From: a virus | Taxonomy: Duplodnaviria > Caudoviricetes | Reading direction: 5' to 3' (one strand) | Length of the DNA: 39,423 nucleotides | Virus record (IMG/VR): IMGVR_UViG_3300020044_005112 | Location: 1 to 39,423 of that record | In this document: positions 24,805 to 32,667 of the stretch, one piece after another | Numbering within the stretch: position 1 is the stretch's first letter | Layout: each line of letters begins with the position of its first letter | The notes under the pieces: generated by a model | Told to the model about the DNA's origin: nothing | Seen by the model: only the letters and a program-made list of their open reading frames with translations | The model's database searches: none | Made by a program: the position numbers and the translations under genes

Positions 24805-25656
24805 TCAGTCTTGGTATGCGCTGATGTTATCCGTTACGGTCAGAATGACGCTGGGGATCGCTGGCACGGGTGCCACAGCGGCTTGAGCCAAAACCTGCAC
24901 GGAAGTATCGTCTACGGACCACATCAGCTCAATGTAATCGCCAGCGCGCAACTGCTCAACGTAGTTCCACGACGTCACCAATTCGCCGTCTGTACCCTTC
25001 AGCCGCACCTGGCCGGCTGAGTTGGCGACGTCTACGCCGTTGATGCGCAGCCAGATAAAAATCAGGTGGCTGCCGCCGCTGGTGTTGTCCAACTGGGCGC
25101 TGAACTGCATGTTGTACACGCCGTTTTGTGCTACGTAGACCCTTGATGTGGGCGAGCCGATGTAGACACTGTTCGACAGGTTTGTTGAGTTGAACGTCAG
25201 AGCGTAGGCCGTGTTGATGGCCGCCGCCGTCTGCGTGGTGGTGTCGTAGAACGTCCCGTAGGCGCGGTTGCGTAGTTGCGGCGTGTAAGCTGGCGCGACG
25301 GCCAGCGCCTCGACCTGCTTGGCCAGTTCAGCCCACTGGTCAACCGTGACCGCTGGCGCAGCCGCTAGCGCCTCGACCTGCTTGTTCAACTCAGCCCACT
25401 GGTCAACGGTGACCGCTGGCTGCGTCTGTGAGGCTTGCTGCGCTGCAGCAAACTCGGCCTGCACCGTGGCGACTGCCGTATCGCTGTTGGGCGCGTGCTG
25501 TAAGTCTTCCAGCGTGGCGTTGCTTTGGCCGCTACCCGTCAGAAAAAACAAGTTGAGCAGAAACCGATACCACTCACGCGAAATCAGGCCCGTGCGCTCA
25601 TCAACCAACGGCACCCGTGGCGGCGTGATGTTGGTAAGGTTTGGCGGGCTGGTCAT
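24805..25656 (-). CDS. Tail needle-like protein with a coiled coil and C1q/TNF-like C-terminal knob (283 aa)
   Basis: Occupies the gp26 position after the gp10-like gene; helical repeat region; GVYNMQFSAQL...LRAGDYIELM pattern. Confidence 0.6.
   Translation of the reverse strand: MTSPPNLTNITPPRVPLVDERTGLISREWYRFLLNLFFLTGSGQSNATLEDLQHAPNSDTAVATVQAEFAAAQQASQTQPAVTVDQWAELNKQVEALAAAPAVTVDQWAELAKQVEALAVAPAYTPQLRNRAYGTFYDTTTQTAAAINTAYALTFNSTNLSNSVYIGSPTSRVYVAQNGVYNMQFSAQLDNTSGGSHLIFIWLRINGVDVANSAGQVRLKGTDGELVTSWNYVEQLRAGDYIELMWSVDDTSVQVLAQAAVAPVPAIPSVILTVTDNISAYQD
25289..25420 (-). repeat. Tandem 63-bp (21-aa) duplication in the needle-like gene
   Basis: PAVTVDQWAELNKQVEALAAA / PAVTVDQWAELAKQVEALAVA. 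Confidence 0.9.
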
Positions 25657-27185
25657 GCGTTGGTGCCGCTGATGTTCAACTCAGCGCCCATGATGGCGAT
25701 CTTGACCGGATCGGTGCCGCTGATCTCGTACACGCGGTCGCGCAGCTTAAGCGTCATGCCCAGCCGACGCCAGAACACGCGGTGTCCATATTCGCCGATG
25801 CGGCCCATCTCAGACCAATGTTCGTTTGACCAAGTGTGCCCGCCATCATCCGACCAGCGCAGCATGACTTTCGGGTTGACCCCTACAGTCGTCACAGGCG
25901 TCTCGTACACCTCGTACTGCTGCAGCACAAAGTTCAGGTCAAGGGTGTCGTCAATAGGCGGCTCTGGGTCAAACGGGTCAATACCGTTCAGCCCCACGCC
26001 CGATTCGCAGTCGAGTTGCAGCGTGTGGTGCGCCGTGCGCTTCAGCGTGTTTTGCCCCGTAGGCAGCGCCCGCCACGACCGCAGCCACCGTTGGATGCTG
26101 CCGTTGTCTGCGTAGACGTCTTGGTCGAAGGCGTAGATGTTGCCGTTCTCAAAGTCCCCGACGACGATCTCATCGCCAAAATTCACCTGGCAGTTGCTGC
26201 GGTGCCGGGTGAACGATCCGTTGTTCCATCCGGCGCGCTCATGCCAGGCGCCGGTCGATACGTCGAACACCCAGGTGGTATTGGCTTGCGGGAAGATCAG
26301 CACGTAGAAAGCGTGGCCGTCCTGCTGATAGGTGTAGCCGATGGCGTCCGACAGGTTACCGTACTGCTGGATCTGCCATTCCACCGCGTGCGTGCTGATG
26401 CGCTGGCCGGTGTAGCCGTTGGCGCGGTAGACGATGCCGCGGCCCCGAGCGTCAGACCCCAGCCAGAACAACCCGTTGTCCAACTTGGCAATAGAGTACG
26501 GCGCCGCGCAGCCGATCTCGTTGAACGCACCTTGGATGCGCTGCAACGGGAAATCCGCAGCGCCCGCGTCGTACCAGACCTCGACCGAGTTGGTGCCAAA
26601 CAGCCACACCTCGCGGTGGTCAACGATCAGCCCCACCACGCCGTCTGGAGAGCCTTCAGCGCTGGCAAAGTCCAGCGGGTCGATGCTGGTGCCGTCCAAC
26701 AGTTGCGTAACCCAGATGCGCTGGCTGTTCGGCTCGTTGAAAACAAAGTACCCGTCGATGTACCCGACTGTCACGGCGCCGGGAAAATCTGGGTCGGTAA
26801 TGGCCCCAAAGACGTTGGTCGCGGTGTTGTAGATGTAGCTTGGGCCGTTGGCCGCAATGAACAACTGCGTGCCGTTGTCGGTCATGCTGACCGGCCCCGT
26901 GCCAGACACGCTGCCAATTAGCGTGCTGTTCCAATTGGTGTCAATCTGATACAGCTCGCTTCCAGACACTGCAAACGCTCGGTTTGTGCCGGAAGAAAAG
27001 CTCCACAGCCCTCGGATCGGGCCGCTGCCAACCGTGGCCAACAGACGCAGGCCAGGGCAGCGCTGCAAGAACGCCGGTTCTTTGCCGGCTTCGGGGATGA
27101 TCTCGGCAAACAAGTTCACGCATCGATTGTCAGCCGCGTTGACCGACCGCGCGACATACGATTGGCCCAAAATTGGGCTTTTCAT
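25653..27185 (-). CDS. Tail hub / packaged-DNA stabilization protein, P22 gp10-like (about 510 aa)
   Basis: YIDGYFVF, FASAEGSPD, RISTHAVE, YQQDGHAFY, LRWSDDGGHTWS...MGRIGEY...WRRLG. Confidence 0.9.
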   Translation of the reverse strand: MKSPILGQSYVARSVNAADNRCVNLFAEIIPEAGKEPAFLQRCPGLRLLATVGSGPIRGLWSFSSGTNRAFAVSGSELYQIDTNWNSTLIGSVSGTGPVSMTDNGTQLFIAANGPSYIYNTATNVFGAITDPDFPGAVTVGYIDGYFVFNEPNSQRIWVTQLLDGTSIDPLDFASAEGSPDGVVGLIVDHREVWLFGTNSVEVWYDAGAADFPLQRIQGAFNEIGCAAPYSIAKLDNGLFWLGSDARGRGIVYRANGYTGQRISTHAVEWQIQQYGNLSDAIGYTYQQDGHAFYVLIFPQANTTWVFDVSTGAWHERAGWNNGSFTRHRSNCQVNFGDEIVVGDFENGNIYAFDQDVYADNGSIQRWLRSWRALPTGQNTLKRTAHHTLQLDCESGVGLNGIDPFDPEPPIDDTLDLNFVLQQYEVYETPVTTVGVNPKVMLRWSDDGGHTWSNEHWSEMGRIGEYGHRVFWRRLGMTLKLRDRVYEISGTDPVKIAIMGAELNISGTNA

Positions 27186-27187
27186 GT

Positions 27188-27216
27188 TTGACAACCCCCG
27201 ACTTGTCTAATATTAT
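27188..27216 (+). promoter_or_regulatory. Sigma70 promoter of the freestanding HNH gene (probably leaderless)
   Basis: TTGACA-17 bp-TATTAT, 7 nt before ATG 27224; imperfect inverted repeat TTTGACAA...TTGTCTAA overlaps it. Confidence 0.7.
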
Positions 27217-27223
27217 TCAAGTC

Positions 27224-27709
27224 ATGGACAGCAAAACTATCACGCGAGATCGCCTTAAAACGCTTGTAACTTACGATTCTGGCACTGGAATTTTTCGCTG
27301 GAACATGGCGCGTAGGCGGTGCAGACCCGGCGACGCAACGGGGTGCCGCATGAGAAACGGCTACATCGCAATCAGACTTGACAATGTACTTTACACCGCG
27401 CACCGTCTGGCGTGGCTGTACGTTAACGGCGAATGGCCCGCGCATCAACTGGACCACATTAACGGCAACAGAGGCGACAACCGGCTTAGCAATTTGCGTG
27501 AAGCCACTAATGCGCAGAATGCGCAAAACCGCAAACGCAAGGACAACAAAAGTGGTTTTCCAGGCGTTCGCAAGGAAAACCACAAGTGGCTGGCAGAAAT
27601 CAAAGTCAATTACAAGCCTATTCGCTTGGGGCTGTTTGCTACGCCAGAAGAAGCGCATAAGGCGTATTTGAAAGCAAAACACGACTTGCACCCGTTTAGC
27701 CAACATTAA
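27224..27709 (+). CDS. Freestanding HNH homing endonuclease with a C-terminal AP2-like domain (161 aa), antisense to the late operon
   Basis: YTAHRLAWLY...LDHINGNRGDNRLSNLREAT..QN; SGFPGV..KWLAEI..LGLFATPEEA..AY. Confidence 0.92.
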   Translation: MDSKTITRDRLKTLVTYDSGTGIFRWNMARRRCRPGDATGCRMRNGYIAIRLDNVLYTAHRLAWLYVNGEWPAHQLDHINGNRGDNRLSNLREATNAQNAQNRKRKDNKSGFPGVRKENHKWLAEIKVNYKPIRLGLFATPEEAHKAYLKAKHDLHPFSQH

Positions 27710-28419
27710 TAATTACCCGCGTAGATTGAATAGCGTTGCCGCGTCGCCACCAGCGAATACGGCATGCTCATCACGTCGTCCGGATTGTTGATGCGCTTCA
27801 GGTTGCGCTTGGACGTCATGGCAATCCGCACCACCTGCGGCGGGGGCTCGACACCAAACTCAGGCGCGATCTCCATCGCCAAGTTGTAGACAAACGCCCG
27901 CAGGTAGCCTGGCGGGAACGACAACACCGTAGACAGCGTGGCCGGCTGCGTCAACTCTTGCACCGAGACGAAATGCCACTCCAGCAGCCGCGTGGGCACC
28001 GGGTAGATGTACATCTCAATGTTGGGGTAGGTCATGTTGACCCACAGCACCTGCGGGTACGTGGACGTCACGGTCTTGACCGCAATGCCGTTGTACTGCT
28101 GCTGGTTGATCAGCTTGATGCCGAAGCTGACGTTTGTGCCGGGGTCGCGGAAGTACGTCGCGTCATCCAGCAGGATGGGCCTGTTGCCCACAAAATCGCC
28201 CGTTGGCCCCAACGTGCGGCTGATCGTGCTGGTAGGCCAACTGAAAACCTGATCCTGCGTCGAGAACACCGACAACCGTTCGGTGTTCCACGATTCGATC
28301 ATTTGGTTCAGCGCCGTCAGCGAATCCTGCATGACAGCAGCAGAAGACGTTTCACCTTCAGCCAATACGCCCAGCAGACGCAGGGCGCGGTTGATTTGAT
28401 CACCCGCTGTGGTGGACAT
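27706..28419 (-). CDS. Head-tail adaptor, P22 gp4-like (237 aa)
   Basis: TAGDQINRALRLLGV...SLTALNQMIESW and YNLAMEIAPEFG; SD GGAGG. Confidence 0.85.
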   Translation of the reverse strand: MSTTAGDQINRALRLLGVLAEGETSSAAVMQDSLTALNQMIESWNTERLSVFSTQDQVFSWPTSTISRTLGPTGDFVGNRPILLDDATYFRDPGTNVSFGIKLINQQQYNGIAVKTVTSTYPQVLWVNMTYPNIEMYIYPVPTRLLEWHFVSVQELTQPATLSTVLSFPPGYLRAFVYNLAMEIAPEFGVEPPPQVVRIAMTSKRNLKRINNPDDVMSMPYSLVATRQRYSIYAGNY

Positions 28420-28603
28420 GGACAACCTCCCTACGGCGGCGAGGGCGCTCGGTCAAAGCGTTGACCGCAAGCGCCGGTTCGACATCATCGTCTTGCCCCG
28501 GAGTATACCGCGCCCACCCGTTGCGTTCGTCGGCTTCGGCTTCCAACTCCATCGTCGCTACCTTAGCGCCGTGGATGGGGTGTCTCATGTAGATGATGGG
28601 CAT
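28400..28603 (-). CDS. Hypothetical protein (67 aa)
   Basis: Fills the gap in the late operon; IYMRHPIHGAKVA...EAEADERNGW. Confidence 0.65.
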   Translation of the reverse strand: MPIIYMRHPIHGAKVATMELEAEADERNGWARYTPGQDDDVEPALAVNALTERPRRRREVVHVHHSG

Positions 28604-28628
28604 AGAAGAAGGGGACCGAAGCCCCCTT
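28604..28628 (-). terminator. cUUCGg hairpin or weak terminator
   Basis: Minus strand AAGGGGGC-TTCG-GTCCCCTT-CTTCT. Confidence 0.6.
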
Positions 28629-28632
28629 TAGA

Positions 28633-29046
28633 TTACGAAGCCATCACAACCCAGTTGGTGCCATCGCACACCAACATGGCCCAGGCACCCGCCGACGCCG
28701 CAAGAATTGCGGTGCCCGCGGTGTTGGTGCTGATAGGCTTGACGTTGGACGAGGCAGACACAACGGTCTGAGCGGCAATCGTCTTGATCCACACCACGCG
28801 GCCAGTATTGGCCGAAGCAGTGGGAAACGTGACGGTGATGCTGCCCGCGCCGTTGCAGACGATGAAGTTCTCCACGTCGGCCAGCGTGAACGAAGCCGTC
28901 TTGATGACGGGCGCGTTCAGGGCCAGTTGCGTGCCGTTAAGCACGCCCGTAACCGAAACCGCAGCGCCAGTGATAAGGCCGGTGACATCAACACTTTCAA
29001 ACTCGGGGTCGCTGTACGCAACGCCGACAGCCTTGGTATTAGGCAT
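28633..29046 (-). CDS. Putative head decoration/fibre protein (137 aa)
   Basis: Beta-rich, with ITVTFPTA and LVCDGTNWVV; downstream of the coat gene. Confidence 0.6.
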   Translation of the reverse strand: MPNTKAVGVAYSDPEFESVDVTGLITGAAVSVTGVLNGTQLALNAPVIKTASFTLADVENFIVCNGAGSITVTFPTASANTGRVVWIKTIAAQTVVSASSNVKPISTNTAGTAILAASAGAWAMLVCDGTNWVVMAS

Positions 29047-29059
29047 GATTGACCCTTTC

Positions 29060-29085
29060 AAAAATGCGCGGCCCGAAGGCCGCGC
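29060..29085 (-). terminator. Intrinsic terminator after the coat and decoration genes
   Basis: Minus strand GCGCGGCC-TTCG-GGCCGCGC-ATTTTT. Confidence 0.8.
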
Positions 29086-29091
29086 TGTGCG

Positions 29092-29505
29092 TCAGCCCAC
29101 GCGGTACAGCGTCCAAGCGCCAGCGGCGCTCTTGCGAGCAATCATCGTCGCGCCGGTGGTGATAGGAATCGCCATCGTCAGCGAGCCGGTGATCGTCCAA
29201 CCAGTGTTGGTCGTGATCGTTGCGGTGCCAGAAGACGTGCCGAGGTTGACCACGCGGAAAGTGAACGAGGTGCCCACTTTGTCCGAGTTGATCAGCACAG
29301 CTTCCAGATCCGCCACGGTCGGCAGCGTGTACGCCACGTTGGCCGTGATGCCGCTGTTGACCAGAATCAGGCCGTTCAGAACTTGAGCGGCAGTGAAAGT
29401 GGTCGTGGTGGTAGCCGTGACTGGATCAGGGATCGCGTCGATCAGCGGTTCGTTGAGGTTGCCGTCGCCGACTTGATAGCCGCCGCCGCCATTAGGGAGT
29501 GCCAT
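29092..29505 (-). CDS. Putative capsid decoration protein (137 aa)
   Basis: Immediately after the coat gene, with a strong SD (AAAGGA) and followed by a terminator; YTLPTVADL. Confidence 0.65.
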   Translation of the reverse strand: MALPNGGGGYQVGDGNLNEPLIDAIPDPVTATTTTTFTAAQVLNGLILVNSGITANVAYTLPTVADLEAVLINSDKVGTSFTFRVVNLGTSSGTATITTNTGWTITGSLTMAIPITTGATMIARKSAAGAWTLYRVG

Positions 29506-29539
29506 GATTGAGTTTCCTTTCAGTGTTCAGTTGTAAGAC

Positions 29540-29557
29540 TGGGGGCCGTAGCCCCCA
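29540..29557 (-). promoter_or_regulatory. UNCG hairpin just after the coat stop codon (mRNA stabiliser or attenuator)
   Basis: Minus strand TGGGGGC-TACG-GCCCCCA, with no clear U-tract. Confidence 0.5.
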
Positions 29558-29563
29558 TTGTCA

Positions 29564-30766
29564 TCAGCCCCAGAGACGGCAGGCCATCTGCGGACGAATG
29601 GTGCTGTAACCGTACAGCACGTCAATCCGGCAAGGCATGCGGTCGTTGTTGATGTCGTACTGACGCACGACGCGCAGGCTGATGCCATTGTGAACGGCAC
29701 GCGCAGCCATATCCACGCCTTGCGGCAGGAGCAGGTCAGCGGTGGCGAACGTGATGGCATCCTTGTGGTACACCAAGTTCTGAGCGTACTGCGTAGACGC
29801 AGCACCCACGAACACCACAGCCTTGCTGTTGCCAGGCAAGCTGTTGACGGTGGCCAGCGCTTGGTTGGCCGAGTACATTGGAGCCACAGTCACGGTGACG
29901 GCGGTGCCGCTGGCGGTGACGTCAGCCAGAACCACGAACTGGAACAGCGAGCCGGTGGACTCACGGGTCTGCGGGTTCACCGCAAAGCAATCAGCCACAG
30001 TGAACACGTCACCAGCCTTGATCGTGGCGCCAGAGGCCACGGTCAGCGCGATGGCTGCCGCACCTTCAACGGTAACCGCTGCGGAGGTGGTGTTGCCAGT
30101 AGCGCCGCGAGTGCCGGTCGTGAACTGCTTGATCGACTGAGACATGTTGATCTCGTCGAAGCCAAGCACGCCCGTACCCATCATGCCGTTCTTGAACTGC
30201 TTGCTGATGGTGTCGGTCGGGTTGAACAAGCCCTTCATGCCTTCCACCAGCCCGGCGTTGGCAGCCGGGTTGACGGTAGCGTAGCGAGGCGACATCACAG
30301 CGGCGTTCTCGTTCAGCTTCTGCTGGGCTTGCAGCAGAACCAGCGAGGTGGCCGGCGTGGTGCCAGGCGTGCCAACCGAGTTGCCGATGGTGCGGAAGGC
30401 GTTGGCGACGTCAGCGTCGATGCTGGAGGCCAACTGGCTGATACGAGGCTTCAGCACACGATCAGCAAAGTCATCCAACTGCATCGTCAGTTCAGCGGAC
30501 GTGAAGTTCACGCCGATGTGCTTCTGGTTGTTGACGGTCAGCGTGGTGTGCTGCTCGTTGTCGTCCTGCACTTGCAGAGCGGCGCCGTCAGTCACCAGAG
30601 CGCGGTCCGGCAGGCGGATGCGCAGCGTGGAGCCGATCTTGGCCCCTTCGACAGCGAAGCTGTCGTCGTACTGGCGGTTCACGTTGCGCGTGAGCACCAG
30701 GTTGTTTTCCAGGATCTCCAGGGCCTTCCTGGTGATCATGTCAATCGTGAGAATTGAATTGGCCAC
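29564..30766 (-). CDS. Major capsid protein, P22 gp5-like (400 aa)
   Basis: MANSILTIDMITRKALEILENNL, KIGSTLRIRLP, YHKDAITFATADL, RIDVLYG; follows the scaffold gene. Confidence 0.92.
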   Translation of the reverse strand: MANSILTIDMITRKALEILENNLVLTRNVNRQYDDSFAVEGAKIGSTLRIRLPDRALVTDGAALQVQDDNEQHTTLTVNNQKHIGVNFTSAELTMQLDDFADRVLKPRISQLASSIDADVANAFRTIGNSVGTPGTTPATSLVLLQAQQKLNENAAVMSPRYATVNPAANAGLVEGMKGLFNPTDTISKQFKNGMMGTGVLGFDEINMSQSIKQFTTGTRGATGNTTSAAVTVEGAAAIALTVASGATIKAGDVFTVADCFAVNPQTRESTGSLFQFVVLADVTASGTAVTVTVAPMYSANQALATVNSLPGNSKAVVFVGAASTQYAQNLVYHKDAITFATADLLLPQGVDMAARAVHNGISLRVVRQYDINNDRMPCRIDVLYGYSTIRPQMACRLWG

Positions 30767-30829
30767 GTTATTCCTTTCGGATAAGTTGTGTTAGAATCCA
30801 GATTCCTTAGCCACCTTGAGAGGTACAGC

Positions 30830-31453
30830 ATGTTGAGCATAGAAGTAGACGGAATCGAGTACCGATTCTTTAACCACCTTTACGCCGTTTCGCGCTGCGG
30901 AAAAGTTCTCAGAAAGTTTCTTCCCTACATACCGCCCAAACGTCAAGATGGGTACTTGACGCTTGGGCGCGGCAACAACTTGATGCACCGCGTTGTGGCC
31001 GCTTGCTGGCTGGAGTCGTTTGACCCCAACAAACAAGTTCACCACATCAACGGCGACAAAGCTGACAACCGAGCGGAAAACCTGGAATGCTTGACGCCCA
31101 AAGAACATTTTGGAGACCGCCACGCAGGGCTGAACGGGCATTACGTTCGCACCGATGAAACGCGAGAAAAGATCCGGCAAGCTCGACTGGGCAGCGTTAC
31201 GTCCGAAGAGACGAAAGCCAAACAGAGAGCCGCTTTGGTTGGCCGCAAGCGGCCTTACTTTTCCCGCGCGGGGCACAGCGAAGAGTCCAAACAAGCACGC
31301 AGCCCTACCCATCCACGCAACACTAGGTGCAGCGTGTTTGGTGTTGAGTACCGCTCCTTTGCGGAAGCGGCTGAGGCTACAGGTATTCACAGGTTTACGG
31401 TTAGAAAAAGATGTCTTTCTGAGAACTTTCCCGACTTCAGAGTCCTAAGTTAG
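30830..31453 (+). CDS. Freestanding HNH homing endonuclease with NUMOD3-like repeats (207 aa), antisense to the late operon
   Basis: YAVSRCGKV, LMHRVVAACW...VHHINGDKADNRAENLE, TDETREKIR/SEETKAKQ/HSEESK; SD GAGAGGT; extended -10 TGnTAGAAT at 30789-30797. Confidence 0.9.
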   Translation: MLSIEVDGIEYRFFNHLYAVSRCGKVLRKFLPYIPPKRQDGYLTLGRGNNLMHRVVAACWLESFDPNKQVHHINGDKADNRAENLECLTPKEHFGDRHAGLNGHYVRTDETREKIRQARLGSVTSEETKAKQRAALVGRKRPYFSRAGHSEESKQARSPTHPRNTRCSVFGVEYRSFAEAAEATGIHRFTVRKRCLSENFPDFRVLS

Positions 31454-32253
31454 CGGTTTGCTTGTGCCTGCATCTTTCGCATCTGCCGGGCTCGTTCAGC
31501 TTCAATCCACTCCGACGTACTCATGTTCTTGATGGAACGCGGGTCAGTCGTGTCAAATGACGGGTTGTTGTTGCTGCCACGGGCCGTTACAGGTGTGATT
31601 GGTGCTGGCGCAGATGTGGTTCGTTTGACGGGCGGATTGTCGGTCAGTCTGACCTCGATCTTCCCAATTTCTTTTGCCTGCAAGAACGGCGACAGGCGCG
31701 AGATACGGTCCGCTTCTTTGGGGTTAGCTCCGAGGTAGTACGCTACATCAGGGCCAACATCAGAAGCGCGGATCGTTTCAGCCATCACATCAGTGATTCG
31801 AACGCTCGGGTTGTAGGCGACTTGTTCAAAGTCGTCGTACTTGTTCCGGGCCTCTTCTTCCCTGTCGTGGTAGGCGTCAGCAATCGCTGCCTGTGCCTTT
31901 TGCTGATCTCGCAAGGCAATCAGTTCTTCGGCCTTCTTGTACGCCAACGCATCTGCGTAGGCTTCAGGAGACTCAAACTGATCAACTGGCGGAACATCTC
32001 TCGGCGCAGACTGCCGGGTTTGCATATCTGCAAACTTGGCCGCTTGCTCTCGTTCCCACTTGCGCTGCTCTCTTGCGAGGCGCTTGCTGATCATCGCGTC
32101 AATTTCGGCTTGGGAAAACTTCTTTTCCTCAGCCGTCTGCTCGACTTGGTTCTCAGCTACTTCCGGCGAACTTGCTTCAACATCAGGCGCAGCCGTTGCT
32201 GCCTGTGCCGGCGCGGGGTCAACTTCCGCTAGGACTTGGACTTCTTCAGTCAT
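31450..32253 (-). CDS. Scaffolding protein (267 aa)
   Basis: Acidic N-terminus, FSQAEIDAMISKRLARE coiled coil, C-terminal MSTSEWIEAERARQ helix; upstream of the coat gene. Confidence 0.8.
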   Translation of the reverse strand: MTEEVQVLAEVDPAPAQAATAAPDVEASSPEVAENQVEQTAEEKKFSQAEIDAMISKRLAREQRKWEREQAAKFADMQTRQSAPRDVPPVDQFESPEAYADALAYKKAEELIALRDQQKAQAAIADAYHDREEEARNKYDDFEQVAYNPSVRITDVMAETIRASDVGPDVAYYLGANPKEADRISRLSPFLQAKEIGKIEVRLTDNPPVKRTTSAPAPITPVTARGSNNNPSFDTTDPRSIKNMSTSEWIEAERARQMRKMQAQANR

Positions 32254-32316
32254 GGATGCTCAAATTGAGCCCTGGTAAACCTTACCAGTACGGTTGCGGT
32301 GCATATTACACCAGAA

Positions 32317-32667
32317 TCAGGCCCACATTCTCGCAGGCGTTGCCGGAAATACTTGGTACGGTGCCAACTCAGGGGCCTCGTCGGTGTGGCGCACGTTGGC
32401 GTGCCAGCCGTCCAGCGGAGCCATCTCAGGCACTTCACCTTCGTCGGTCTTCAACATCTTGCCCGTGGGCTTGAAGATCGTGCCAATCACATCCACCGCC
32501 GCATACTTGGGCACCAGCACCGTCTCCACGATGTCGCCCTGCACGTTGGTCTGCTCGGTGAACAGCGCTGATTTGGCCTCGGCTTCGGTGTCGAAACGTA
32601 AGAAGAAGTCCTGGTACATGGGCACCTCGTTGAATGGGTCAAAGGGGTCGAAGGGGTCGTAGGTCAT
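32317..32667 (-). CDS. Fibre-associated hypothetical protein (116 aa; alternative start at 32619)
   Basis: ATGA-coupled to the fibre gene; DFFLRF..EAEA, DVIGTI, GWHANVR, P.TPARMWA. Confidence 0.65.
   Translation of the reverse strand: MTYDPFDPFDPFNEVPMYQDFFLRFDTEAEAKSALFTEQTNVQGDIVETVLVPKYAAVDVIGTIFKPTGKMLKTDEGEVPEMAPLDGWHANVRHTDEAPELAPYQVFPATPARMWA

Noticed and set aside
29558-30757. Long antisense ORFs opposite the coat, portal, gp10-like and ejection genes
   Set aside because: Typical high-GC3 antisense shadows with no motifs or translation signals.
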